Below, in pieces: positions 29,718 through 39,445 of a stretch of DNA of 64,000 bases (position 1 is its first letter; each line of letters opens with the position of its first letter). The position numbers and the translations under genes were made by a program. Source of the stretch: Chloroflexota bacterium (GTDB lineage Bacteria > Chloroflexota > UBA11872 > VXOZ01); contig OZ244922.1 in NCBI GenBank assembly GCA_965221905.1, positions 1,344,001-1,408,000 on the forward strand, in the 5' to 3' direction. The notes under the pieces were generated by a model. It saw only the letters and a list, made by a program, of their open reading frames with translations, searched no databases and was not told where the DNA came from.

Positions 29718-30890
29718 TTACGCGGGCAGTTCACCCTTGCGCCGGTTAGGTCCAGGGCGGAAGTCCGGCACCTGCATGAGCTTGCTGCCCTGGGCGATAG
29801 ATTCGGAAGCGAGAACGGCAGGAGCGGCGGTGTTCATTGCCTTATAGATGTCGAACTCCAGCGGCACGTCATTGAGCACCGCATCGCGAAACGTGGCGTG
29901 GATGTAGTAGTCGGTGTCGCTATGGCCGCTGCCGCGCGCTTCCTGGGGCGCATCGGTGCGTTGCGGGCGCCAATCTACCTCGGCCAGGTCGTGCATTTGG
30001 GCATCGGCCAACCACAGCTTGGAACTATCGCGCAGCGAGCGCGCCAACTCGACCGAACCCTTGGTGCCCATGATGTGGCACCAGTGGTTATCCCGCGGCG
30101 CGGTGGGCTGGGTGTAAGAAACGGCAAGGCGCATGAGGGCGTCATTGGCCGTCTTCATGATCGCCAGTTGGATATCCGGCTGCTGAATTTCACTGTGAAC
30201 GTAGCTCGGTGAGCGCGTGCTCATGGCGGTCACTTCAGTGACCCGGTCGTCGATGATCATGAGGATCGGGCTGAGTTCATGCGGGAGGTAGTGAATTGGC
30301 GGCATGAGGTTGATCCATGTGGGTTCGGCCTCGGGATGAGCCGCAAGATCGGCGATCGGCACAAGCTGCGCCGTGCCGGGCAGCCGGTGGTAGCGCGCCG
30401 GATCTTTATGGCCGATGTACTGGCCCTCGCAGAAGGTTATCTTGCCGAGTTTCCCTTCCTTCACCAAGTCGCGCCACGCTGTAACGACACCGGAGAAGCG
30501 GCTTTGCTCGGCGAGCTGGTAGACCAGGCCGCTGCGCTCGGCTGCTAGCACGATGCGCCAGCAGTCCTCCATCGTGTGCGCGGCGGGCACCTCGGAGTTG
30601 ACGTGCTTGCCGGCCTCCAGGGCTTGCGCCGCCAAGGCGCCCTGCTCTTTGCAGCGGACCGTCAACGCTATGGCATCCACATTCGGATCCGCTAGAAGGT
30701 CGTCGTACCGTGTATAGGCCGTTACCGAATCCGGGTTTTCCAGGACGGCAAAGGATGGTTCATGGAGCTCGGTGATGGGATCACAGATCGCGGTGACGCG
30801 ATAACCATTGAAACCGTCCAACGTCTTCAACCAGTGACGGCCGCGCCCGCCGAGACCGGCAAGGCCGATACGAATCTCCTTCACAATCAC
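29718..30890 (-). CDS. Gfo/Idh/MocA family oxidoreductase
   Basis: IGLAGLGGRG Rossmann motif, LLADPNVDAI, ALEAGKHVNSEVP. Confidence 0.88.
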   Translation of the reverse strand: MIVKEIRIGLAGLGGRGRHWLKTLDGFNGYRVTAICDPITELHEPSFAVLENPDSVTAYTRYDDLLADPNVDAIALTVRCKEQGALAAQALEAGKHVNSEVPAAHTMEDCWRIVLAAERSGLVYQLAEQSRFSGVVTAWRDLVKEGKLGKITFCEGQYIGHKDPARYHRLPGTAQLVPIADLAAHPEAEPTWINLMPPIHYLPHELSPILMIIDDRVTEVTAMSTRSPSYVHSEIQQPDIQLAIMKTANDALMRLAVSYTQPTAPRDNHWCHIMGTKGSVELARSLRDSSKLWLADAQMHDLAEVDWRPQRTDAPQEARGSGHSDTDYYIHATFRDAVLNDVPLEFDIYKAMNTAAPAVLASESIAQGSKLMQVPDFRPGPNRRKGELPA

Positions 30891-31358
30891 TCTCCAATTC
30901 TGCTTTAAAGACTACACGCTGGGGGCATCGCCCTGAATCCAAGCTGCTTGCCCAAGAGGATATAGCGAATTGCCTGCAAGATGCTCAGGCAAGAGCCTGT
31001 GATCGGGTCTGCCCTCCCATGTCTTGACTATTGATGGTTACGCCCACCTGCCGCCGGTTCTTACACCAAGAAAAATCTTGGGTGGTTGACGGTGGGTACA
31101 GTATACCAGCGCGGACACTCAGCCTGAATCCCGAACGGAACTCGCGGGCTTGGACTCTGGACGTGCAAAGAGGCTCGTCATTGCGCGTATCTCCGTGCAA
31201 ATTCCAATTTCGAAAACAGGTGGAAAATGTGTGGGTTGCGTGATGATTGCAGAATGGTAGAAAAGGGTGTGCACAACCGGCCTAAGAATCATAGGCGAAT
31301 GGTGGGCGCAAGCTACAAGGGACGCTTGACTCAAGCAAACCCTCGCCGGTGCGCGCGG

Positions 31359-31874
31359 TTACCAGCTATCCCGGGCAAACTCTCTTGTCGCGCGGTCCAT
31401 CTCGCGCTGGGCGTCTTTCTCTGCCAGCGCTTGCCGTTTGTCGTAGAGTTTCTTGCCGCGCGCAATGGCGACTTCGACTTTGACCCGGCCGTTGCGCAGG
31501 TAGAGTCGGAGCGGAATGATGGTCTGCCCCTTCATTTGGAAGTGCTGACGCAGGGTGGAAATCTGGTCTTTGTGGAGCAGCAGCTTGCGGGCGCGTGTGG
31601 GCTCGTGATTGACGTACCCGCCACGTTGGTAGGGTGAGATATGGGCATTCCAGAGCCAAGCCTCGCCGCTGATAATGCGCACAAACCCTTCAGTCAGATT
31701 AACGCGGCCGGCGCGAATTGACTTCACCTCGGTGCCCACGAGCGCGAGTCCGGCCTCAAATGTAGCATCCACGTGGTAGTCGTGAAAGGCGCGACGGTTT
31801 GTCACCACCACCATGTTGTTGGGGTCGCGGACGTTGTCAGCGCGGCGTGCCTTTTTTTTCTTAGCTGTTGCCAT
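31359..31874 (-). CDS. smpB: SsrA-binding protein
   Basis: NRRAFHDY, EAGLALVGTEVKS.R, AHISPY, RKLLLHK, RGKKLYDKR. Confidence 0.97.
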   Translation of the reverse strand: MATAKKKKARRADNVRDPNNMVVVTNRRAFHDYHVDATFEAGLALVGTEVKSIRAGRVNLTEGFVRIISGEAWLWNAHISPYQRGGYVNHEPTRARKLLLHKDQISTLRQHFQMKGQTIIPLRLYLRNGRVKVEVAIARGKKLYDKRQALAEKDAQREMDRATREFARDSW

Positions 31875-31964
31875 GAATACAGCATGCCATAGGATGAGCA
31901 ATCAAGGAATGTCCTCAGGGGCGCAACCTGGATTCCTGAAGGAGACTCAACACTGGGCCAAGCG

Positions 31965-32483
31965 TCACTCTGCAGCTAGCTCGTTTCTGGCGAACGACTT
32001 CAGGTAGCGCCGCGCCTCCTGGGTGCGGGGGTAGCGGTTTACAATCTCCCAAAAGCGCCGATTGTGGCCCGGCTCGACGAGATGGGCCATCTCATGCATT
32101 AGGAGGTAGTCTCGCACCCACTCCGGCACCTCAGCGAGATGGTGCGAAAGGCGAATGGTCTTGCGGCGCACGCAGCAACTACCGAACACGGAGTTCTGAT
32201 TAGTAACATAAGTAACGGAGGCGATCTCTAGCGTACCGGCGAAATACTGCGTATTGAGTTCAGCAGCGCGATTGAGGAGCGGATCGCCTTGATTAAGTTG
32301 CTGCTTGGTCTCGCGCCGTTCAACCCGCTCGCGCACTCTCGCCACGTAGTACGCTTCCTCGGCCTTGTTCAGGCTCGCGGGCACGATTACGCGCAGCTTG
32401 CCATGCTTGAACTCGCCGGTGACGGTCTTGCTGCGCTGGGTGCTGCGAACGATTTCGATCGCTTGTGGGTCAATCTTGAACAT
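31965..32483 (-). CDS. M48/YgjP-like (DUF45) zinc metallopeptidase
   Basis: RS..RSKTV, NQ..FGSC, IRLS, PEWVRDYLLMHEMAHL...H...FW. Confidence 0.82.
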   Translation of the reverse strand: MFKIDPQAIEIVRSTQRSKTVTGEFKHGKLRVIVPASLNKAEEAYYVARVRERVERRETKQQLNQGDPLLNRAAELNTQYFAGTLEIASVTYVTNQNSVFGSCCVRRKTIRLSHHLAEVPEWVRDYLLMHEMAHLVEPGHNRRFWEIVNRYPRTQEARRYLKSFARNELAAE

Positions 32484-32584
32484 GTGAGCAAAGACAGAAA
32501 AGTAGCGCAGCGCCTGATGATCAATATGCCAATGAGGCCCGGCCTGCACGGTCGGCTTGCAGTGGGCGCGAGCAGAAACAATGC

Positions 32585-32866
32585 CTACGGCAGGGCAGAC
32601 CCGGTCTTGGCCTTGATCATATCCGAAAACGTCATCTTGGCGGAGACCATCTCGTCAAGGATGCGCTCAAGTGCCATGCCGTGGCTGCACAGTCCGTAGA
32701 TTGTGAAGAAGTCGCAGTCGCAGTGCCACTCGCCGTCCTTGAAAGAGACCTCGTGCTCGTTATTGTCGCCGCGCACGCGTACGGTGAAGGCGGTAAACGA
32801 AAACCGGTCCCGCTCTTCCGTATAGCGGTTTGCTTTCTCCACTTTGCCAATCAGACTGGAATACAT
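32585..32866 (-). CDS. Small SWIM zinc-finger protein
   Basis: MYSSLIGKVEKA.RY; W.CDC.FF....LCSH (CxC...CxH); GGGGG RBS. Confidence 0.75.
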   Translation of the reverse strand: MYSSLIGKVEKANRYTEERDRFSFTAFTVRVRGDNNEHEVSFKDGEWHCDCDFFTIYGLCSHGMALERILDEMVSAKMTFSDMIKAKTGSALP

Positions 32867-33221
32867 TTAAGCCCCCCTTGTTGAATTGCTTAGACGAGCG
32901 CAAAAGCGCGTCTCTCGAAAAAGGCACCACCGAGGGTCGACAAACATGCTGTACGTGAGCAGTGCGCATGGCCACCGAAGCGAGGTTTTCACAGGAAGTT
33001 GTAGTGCGTGCACAGAATGATGCCCTCAAATCTCAGTATACTTTGAGGTACGCCCAGGGTCAACGGTATTGTGAACGCAAGTGTATCAAGCTAGAATACA
33101 GGCAAGAGTTGGTATATGAGTTTGTTCGGTTGGCAGGAGGCGCGATTTCCGCAGCATTACTGACAACACGCTGAACGTCGACAAGACTAATGCCAACTCC
33201 TTCTGGTAGGCGTGGTCACCG

Positions 33222-33752
33222 ATGAACAGCATCAACAGGCGTGTTCTTGTTTTGAACCTCGACTATCGGCCCCTGAATATCTGTAACGTGCGGCGGGCAT
33301 TTATTCTATTGCTCAACGGCAAGGCGGAGATCATCGAGCAATATGCGGATGATCTCGTGTCGGCCGAAGCTCGCTACATACGACCTTCGGTAATCAAACT
33401 GCACTACCTGGTCAAGCGGCCGCCTATAGGGCCGCGCCTGGTGCGCCAAGAGGTCTTCCGTCGGGACAGTCACACGTGCCAATACTGCGGCGTGCAGACC
33501 CGCGAGTTGACGATTGATCACGTCATGCCGCGTCACCGCGGTGGCGGCCACACGTGGGAAAACCTGGTTTCCGCCTGCAAGGACTGCAACCACCGCAAAG
33601 GCGGCCGTACTGCAGAAGAAGCGCGCATGCGACTGCTTGCGAGTCCTGGCAAGCCGCGGCTGAAGGGCTATCTGGCACACTTGCGGTATGTGCCCTCTCC
33701 GCCGCACGAGACCTGGGTGCCGTTCCTCTATCCAGCCGGCGCGCCTACATAG
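33222..33752 (+). CDS. HNH endonuclease (HNH_5/McrA-like)
   Basis: VLVLNLDYRPL, PSVI.L, RD..TCQYCG, TIDHV.P..RGG..TWENLV.AC..CN.RKG.RT. Confidence 0.92.
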   Translation: MNSINRRVLVLNLDYRPLNICNVRRAFILLLNGKAEIIEQYADDLVSAEARYIRPSVIKLHYLVKRPPIGPRLVRQEVFRRDSHTCQYCGVQTRELTIDHVMPRHRGGGHTWENLVSACKDCNHRKGGRTAEEARMRLLASPGKPRLKGYLAHLRYVPSPPHETWVPFLYPAGAPT

Positions 33753-33934
33753 CTCGCTCGGTACGCGGGCCTACCATTCATCACGTGCGCATCTCAGAGG
33801 ACCTCCGGCGAGCAAAGTCTGAGCATTCTCGTCTGACTGTATGGTCGCCGCGCATATTTGGGGTCGAGAGGTGGCAGTCAGTATGCTCGTGCCACACTTG
33901 TGGCTTCCCGATAGTCGGCATGTGCCAAGGGCGA

Positions 33935-34237
33935 CTAGTCCCGCTTGCTGCTCAGTGGGATCATACGCAATGAGAGATAGAGGACACTGAGCGCGTACAC
34001 CAGTCCTCCCAGGCACGCGACAAGCAGAAGGTCTTGCCCAAACACAAAGGATGTGGAAAAGACTATTGAGCCTGCTTCGCGTGTGTATTCCACGAGAGTG
34101 ACAGGACCTATATGGACGGAAAACGACCCCCATTTGGCAGCTATTGCAATTAGGGAAATAAGCAGCGAGGTGGTGCTGGTCACCACGACTACAAAAAGCC
34201 CGCCTTTAATCCAATCAGCCATGAAACGCTTCAGCAA
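33935..34237 (-). CDS. Small two-TM membrane protein (IAIAAKWGSFS paralog 2)
   Basis: GGAGGAG RBS; collinear similarity to 34285..34581. Confidence 0.7.
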   Translation of the reverse strand: MLKRFMADWIKGGLFVVVVTSTTSLLISLIAIAAKWGSFSVHIGPVTLVEYTREAGSIVFSTSFVFGQDLLLVACLGGLVYALSVLYLSLRMIPLSSKRD

Positions 34238-34284
34238 TTTCCACTTCTCCTCCCGTTGCCAAGAGCTTTGAAAGATGCCTATTG

Positions 34285-34581
34285 CTACGCAAAGAGCAGT
34301 GTGGCAAGGCCGTTCGCCAGTCCCACCGCGATGGCGAGGTAAAGGAGTTCACCGCGGAACGCAACGGCGAAGATTGTGGAGCCACTCCTGCCTGAGTACT
34401 CAAAGAACCGCAGCGGTCCTACACCAATGGAAAACGAGCCCCACTTAGCTGCAATCGCTATCATCCCTAGGAGCGACGCTACGCCAAATCCGATGGCGAA
34501 GGCAAAGATTGCGCCGACATACCAAGCTGTTGCGAGCGTTTGGATCATAGCCGATACTTCTCCGGCCACGTAACCAATCAC
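34285..34581 (-). CDS. Small two-TM membrane protein (IAIAAKWGSFS paralog 1)
   Basis: GGAGA RBS; paralog of 33935..34237. Confidence 0.7.
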   Translation of the reverse strand: MIGYVAGEVSAMIQTLATAWYVGAIFAFAIGFGVASLLGMIAIAAKWGSFSIGVGPLRFFEYSGRSGSTIFAVAFRGELLYLAIAVGLANGLATLLFA

Positions 34582-34597
34582 GAGCTATTCTCCGTCA

Positions 34598-34626
34598 ATG
34601 TTATGTTTGTTTGTATTGGCTGTCAA
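34598..34626 (-). promoter_or_regulatory. Sigma70-type promoter of the two-gene membrane-protein unit
   Basis: Minus-strand TTGACA-17 nt-TAACAT. Confidence 0.5.
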
Positions 34627-34833
34627 GTAGTGCCAGCCGAACTATGAAGAATAGAACGCCGCATTCAAATCGACCGGAGTCTGCGGTATTCACTACTTGC
34701 GATATGGTCAGGCTCCACTTGTAAGTTTGTACCGCTTGGTGTTTTGCTTTTGGACTGATGAGACACTTCAGCCAATCGCAATTCTTGATAAACGCCCTTC
34801 CCACAATATGGACTGGTAAGCTCTTCAAGAGTG

Positions 34834-34998
34834 CTTCGACAGGCTCAGCACGAACGGTTCGGCGGACTCAACACGGGCGATGTGGCAAGCGCAGCGCGAA
34901 GGTTCAGGCAGGCTCAGCACGAACGGTTCGGCGGACTCAACACGGGCGTTGTGGCAAGCGCAGCGCAAGGGTTCAGGCAGGCTCAGCACGAACGGTTC
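34834..34998 (+). repeat. 69-bp tandem repeat (~2.3 copies) built on a CTTCGACAGGCTCAGCACGAACGG REP-like unit
   Basis: AGGCTCAGCACGAACGGTTC at 34841, 34910 and 34979. Confidence 0.88.
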
Positions 34999-35177
34999 TA
35001 GGCGCACGATGCGACCGGACCAAAGATAGTCCGTTTGGAGGCTCATTTCAGTTCGTCCTGCGCGTGCCTGTCCTGGGCTTGCGCAAGGTTGAAACATTAA
35101 ACGGTTACTCGTGGCGAATGACCCCATTGGGTGATTCTCAATATTGGACCACAAAATGAGCGGTTAGCCAATGCAAT

Positions 35178-35993
35178 TCATTGCGACGGCTTGCGGCAGC
35201 GGAGGTGGAGGAAGCAGGCGATGACGCGGGTGGCAGCGAGGCTGGGGTAGATGGCGATGGAGTCATCACCGGCAAAGGGCTCGGCGGTTTCCTCAATAGA
35301 AAGACCTGCCGCGCACAGCATGTTCAGCCACGTGCTGAGGGTGTGGAAGAAGCGCGGGATACGGAATTTCGCAAAGCGCTCCTTTAGTTCGTCAGGCGCG
35401 GAGCCGAAAATCCACTCTTCGATAGTCCCTTGCTCTGGGCTAAAGTAATCGCCGCATTCCATCGCGACCCGCTGCCCCGTCTCATCGAGCACCCACTTGA
35501 AACGCGGCGTCATGAAACAGGGGTGGAGAATCGAGAACTGAAAAAAGCCGCCGGGCTTGAGCACCCGCGCTACCTCGCGGATGGCGTGGTCCTGTTCCGG
35601 TACGTCCATCATGCTCATGGTCGCCATGACGAAGTCGAAACTGGCGTCGGTAAGCGGTATCTCCACAGCGCTGGCGCGGAGATAGGTAATGCCGAGCGGC
35701 TCCAGGGCCTCCTGCTCTTGGGCATAACGGATGAAGCGACCGGCAATGTCGAGTGCGGCCAGCCGCGCACCCCTTTGGGCGACGATGCGGGTATTGTGAC
35801 CTTCACCGCAACCCACGTCGAGGCCCCGCAGTCCGGTCACATCGGGAAGAATACCCATGAAAGCCGGGGTGTTGATGTGGTCGCGGTACTTGTCATAACC
35901 GAGGCGAGTGAGCGTGGTCCAAGCCTCGGCGTTTGCGTTCCAGAGTTCGCCGACCGCGCTGTGGTCCAGGGCATTCTCGTTCTCCAACGTCAT
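35178..35993 (-). CDS. Class I SAM-dependent methyltransferase
   Basis: LDVGCGEG, SFDFV, EVARVLKPGG.F.FSILHP. Confidence 0.9.
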   Translation of the reverse strand: MTLENENALDHSAVGELWNANAEAWTTLTRLGYDKYRDHINTPAFMGILPDVTGLRGLDVGCGEGHNTRIVAQRGARLAALDIAGRFIRYAQEQEALEPLGITYLRASAVEIPLTDASFDFVMATMSMMDVPEQDHAIREVARVLKPGGFFQFSILHPCFMTPRFKWVLDETGQRVAMECGDYFSPEQGTIEEWIFGSAPDELKERFAKFRIPRFFHTLSTWLNMLCAAGLSIEETAEPFAGDDSIAIYPSLAATRVIACFLHLRCRKPSQ

Positions 35994-36323
35994 GCGTCTT
36001 CCTTCCGTCGCATCTCTATACGCTCTACACGAAATCGGCGCCGTTCCCGGATGCTATTTCATTACTCTCCGTCACTTCGGTGGAAGCCAATTCTATGACG
36101 CGAGACGAAGATGGATTCTTGCGAAAGCCGGATTTACGGTAATGAGGGGTTCTTCGCAGGAATGACCGCGCCGGTGCGGTCTAACTGCACTAGCCAGTGC
36201 CGAACTCTCTTAGACCGGTTTTAAGGCGTGCTATGTCCTATGAGGCGGCGCCTTGGTCGGGATACGGCTGCGCGCGTCATACGAGCATAGCATAGGCGGC
36301 GCACGGGGGTGTTGGGATGCGGT

Positions 36324-37895
36324 CTACGACTGTGCGCCGCGCAACGCGCCCCATAAACGCGCGAGATCTTCGCGCGGCAGAGCGCCAAGCACAAGAATCA
36401 GGCCGAGATAGACGAATCCCGCGAGTGCCATGCTCGGCAAAGCGGGAAGACCGCGCGTCAGCAGGGCGACGGCCAGCATGCCCCCGCCGGCAAGCAGCGG
36501 ACGCCACCCGGCGCTAACAATGGGCAGCGAAATGCGCTGGCGGCGCGCGACAACGATAAGTGGGACTAGCAGCACAATCTCGGAGAGCACCGTCGTTGCT
36601 GCTGCGGCCGCGTACCCGTAACGCGGGACGAAGATGATGTTGGTAATCAAGTTAAAGGCAGTGGCCAGCGCAAAGGCGATGGCGATCCACTTCTGCTGGT
36701 CAAGGGCAATCAAGACGTACTGGGTAATGGCATTGACATAACTAATCGGTAGAAACCAGATTAGAATCGCGAGTGCGATGCCGGCGTGGGGTAAGAACTT
36801 GCTACCTCCTAGAATCCAAATGAAAGAGTTGGCGTAGACGCTAAAGCAAACGGCACTACCTACAGCAATAACGAGCAAAAGTTGTAAAGCCTTGTTAAGA
36901 ATGCCCTGCAGAGCAGCGCGGTCTGAGGCAGCAACGCGCGAAAGGGCCGGAAAGAGCGCGAGCACCAGCGCCGAAGGCAGCAAGACGAAGGCTTCGATGT
37001 ACTTGTAGGCGGCGCCGTAGGCCCCGACCTCTGAGATGTCGCGCATCACATGCAACACTTGTATGTCAATGCGGAAGAAGAGGACATTTAGCAGCGCATT
37101 GAGCATGAGCGGAAACGACGCCAGCATGAGCGTGCGTGCTAACTTCCCATCCCACGGCGCGGCGGCCTTGGTTTCGCGAGGCAGCGCACGGAACAGTGCG
37201 ATAGCAGTGACGATATTGGCAAAAAGTGCCGTGGTGGCTAGTCCCACGTAGCCCCAACCGAACGCAATTGCCAATGTGCCCAGGCCTACCGTGAGGAGCG
37301 CCGTCGCGATCTGCACGAGCGCCGTAAAGTCCATGCGCTCACGAGCGGCAAAGAGCGAGTGCGCAGTAATTGCGGCGTTTGACGGTATGAGCGCCGCCGC
37401 CAACAGACCCGCCGCCAGGATGGTGTTCGCCTGCACTTTATCGGCATTCCAGTAACCCAGCATTATGAGGAGCACGACGGGAATGGCGGCGAGTGAGAGC
37501 AGGAGGCGGACCCGCTGTACGATCGCGACGTACGCCGAGGCAGCGTCGGGACGGCGACTTACGTCCCTTATGAGGAGTACACCCAGTCCGAAGTCAGTGA
37601 GCGGGCCAAAGAACCCAATTACATTGACGGCAACGGCATAGTAGCCGAAGTCTTGCAGACTAATTACGCGGAGATAGTAGGCGGCAAATGCCCACATGAG
37701 GCCGCGCGCAACGACCACCGCCATTAGGGGTACGAGCGCGTTGCGGGCGATGCGCCGCAGGAACGTGGGGCCGGAGTGTACTGCCACTTCTGCCAAGACC
37801 GTTCGTCCGGCGAGCCACCAAAACATGAGCAGGGCGAGCAAGGACAGCGTCGCCCCGATGCTCGGGAAGATGAAGGATTGAACCTGTTCGGTCAT
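36324..37895 (-). CDS. Wzx-like oligosaccharide flippase
   Basis: RRIARNAL, DFGYY, TDFGLG.LLIRDV, FRID..L, VGAYGAAYK, P.YGY.AAA..T..SE; ~14 TM. Confidence 0.88.
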   Translation of the reverse strand: MTEQVQSFIFPSIGATLSLLALLMFWWLAGRTVLAEVAVHSGPTFLRRIARNALVPLMAVVVARGLMWAFAAYYLRVISLQDFGYYAVAVNVIGFFGPLTDFGLGVLLIRDVSRRPDAASAYVAIVQRVRLLLSLAAIPVVLLIMLGYWNADKVQANTILAAGLLAAALIPSNAAITAHSLFAARERMDFTALVQIATALLTVGLGTLAIAFGWGYVGLATTALFANIVTAIALFRALPRETKAAAPWDGKLARTLMLASFPLMLNALLNVLFFRIDIQVLHVMRDISEVGAYGAAYKYIEAFVLLPSALVLALFPALSRVAASDRAALQGILNKALQLLLVIAVGSAVCFSVYANSFIWILGGSKFLPHAGIALAILIWFLPISYVNAITQYVLIALDQQKWIAIAFALATAFNLITNIIFVPRYGYAAAAATTVLSEIVLLVPLIVVARRQRISLPIVSAGWRPLLAGGGMLAVALLTRGLPALPSMALAGFVYLGLILVLGALPREDLARLWGALRGAQS

Positions 37896-38097
37896 GAATT
37901 GAGCAGCGACAATCTCCCACGGTTGGAGTGGAAGGCTGCGCGAATGCGCAGCTACTCTAGATTCAATATACAGCAGCCGCGTCGAGTATGGGGATCATCC
38001 CTACGCGGGGGGAACAGTACGACGCTCTCTGTACACTGCTGCAGCGGGCAGCAGCCGTCTGGATAGGAAAGGAATGTGGCGCCCTTGCGAATTGGAC

Positions 38098-38454
38098 TCA
38101 GCCCACTTGCGGCAGCCCTTCCTCGACCGCATAGCCGTCTTTGAGCCAGCCCACGATGCCAGGTCCCAGGTTGAAGAGATCTTCCAGGCCCATGGCAGCG
38201 GCGATCTCGCAGGCCACCTGGCTGCTCTGGCCGACTTCGCAGACGAATATGATCTTGTCGTCGGCGAGGAACTCCCACGGTTTCTGCAAAAGTACAGGCA
38301 ACGGCGCCAAAACGGAATCTGGAATGTGCGCCTTTGCGAATTGATTGGGCATACGCACGTCAATCACCTGGTATTCACCACTGTCGATCATCTGCTTTGC
38401 TTCCGCACTGTCCACCGTGCCAAAAGGAATTTCGGAATCTGCTTGCTGCGCCAT
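38098..38454 (-). CDS. Rhodanese-domain protein
   Basis: VIDVR.P..F...HIP, IFVCEVGQSS (active-site Cys), GI.GW. Confidence 0.88.
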   Translation of the reverse strand: MAQQADSEIPFGTVDSAEAKQMIDSGEYQVIDVRMPNQFAKAHIPDSVLAPLPVLLQKPWEFLADDKIIFVCEVGQSSQVACEIAAAMGLEDLFNLGPGIVGWLKDGYAVEEGLPQVG

Positions 38455-38511
38455 AGAGAGCCTCCGGTAAGTGTAACGCTACCGTATCCATTCTATACAA
38501 ACCGGCGTGGT

Positions 38512-38576
38512 TTGACACCGGTTCAGCACTATGTTACTTAGTTAATATATTATCTAAGTAAAGTTACTTAGTAAAG
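38512..38576. promoter_or_regulatory. AT-rich promoter/operator region with TTACTTAG direct and inverted repeats
   Basis: TTGACA at 38512; TTACTTAG-ttaatatattat-CTAAGTAA, then a second GTTACTTAG. Confidence 0.5.
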
Positions 38577-38629
38577 ATTACGTGTTCGGCATGCAGTGTC
38601 GGTTTATGCAGAGAGGATGGGCTTTGGCG

Positions 38630-39445
38630 GTGGCAAAGGTAACGACACAGATCACTGGCGATGCTTCCTCTACGCAGGCAAAGATTGTGCTGGACGGCGC
38701 CACGAAGGTCTTTTCCTCGCGGAACGGCGCTACGGTGGCGTTTCAGGACGTGAACCTATCTGTGGATGAGGGAGAGTTATTGTGCGTCCTGGGGCCGAGC
38801 GGGTGTGGAAAGTCCACCCTACTAAATGTCGTAGCGGGTCTTGATCGCCTCTCGCACGGTTTTGTGACCGTGGCCGGTGAGCCGGTAGAGGGCCCGCACT
38901 ACACACGCGGCATGGTCTTCCAGGACTATGCGCTCTTTCCCTGGCTCACCGTTGAGGGAAATATCCGTTTCGGCCTTGACGCACGGCGGTACAAGGGCGA
39001 TAGAAGGGGGATTGTTGCGGACCTCGTGGCGCTCACCCGACTGCGGGGATTTGAGCGGGCCCGACCGTCGCAGCTCTCCGGCGGTATGGCGCAGCGGGTA
39101 GCGTTGGCGCGCGCACTTGCAAACCAGGTGGAAATCTTGCTGATGGACGAGCCCTTCGGCGCTCTGGATGCCTTTACGCGGATGGAAATGCAAGAGGAAA
39201 TCGTACGGATTGTGAAAGCCCAGGGGGTGACCACAGTCTTTGTAACGCACGATATCGATGAGGCGCTTTACGTTGGCGACCGAGTGGCGATCATGTCCGC
39301 GCATCCTGGCGAATTGCGGCGGGTCATCGAGGTGCCGATAGCTCATCCGCGGGATCGCGTTGATCCGCAACTGGTTCGTCTGCGGGAAGAGGTCTTCACC
39401 GAGTTCAATCTCGCGCACAGCCGCGAGCAGTACTATCACATATAG
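38630..39445 (+). CDS. Nitrate/sulfonate/bicarbonate ABC transporter ATP-binding protein
   Basis: GPSGCGKS, VFQDYALFPW.TV, LSGGM.QR, DEPFGALD, THD. Confidence 0.93.
   Translation: MAKVTTQITGDASSTQAKIVLDGATKVFSSRNGATVAFQDVNLSVDEGELLCVLGPSGCGKSTLLNVVAGLDRLSHGFVTVAGEPVEGPHYTRGMVFQDYALFPWLTVEGNIRFGLDARRYKGDRRGIVADLVALTRLRGFERARPSQLSGGMAQRVALARALANQVEILLMDEPFGALDAFTRMEMQEEIVRIVKAQGVTTVFVTHDIDEALYVGDRVAIMSAHPGELRRVIEVPIAHPRDRVDPQLVRLREEVFTEFNLAHSREQYYHI

Noticed and set aside
29284-29847. Repeat-containing ORFs (VAQVCNLRP, AGCKPALP); likewise 3644..3892 and 34758..35159
   Set aside because: These are translations of REP tandem repeats whose period is a multiple of 3
30900-31358. tmRNA (ssrA) next to smpB
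   Set aside because: No tRNA-Ala-like termini with a T-arm and CCA on either strand, and no tag reading frame found
33222-33752. Homing endonuclease or defence nuclease
   Set aside because: Belongs to the widespread stand-alone VLVLN...PSVI HNH type; no intron, mobile or defence context
34834-34998. CRISPR array
   Set aside because: The two linkers are nearly identical, so this is a tandem repeat
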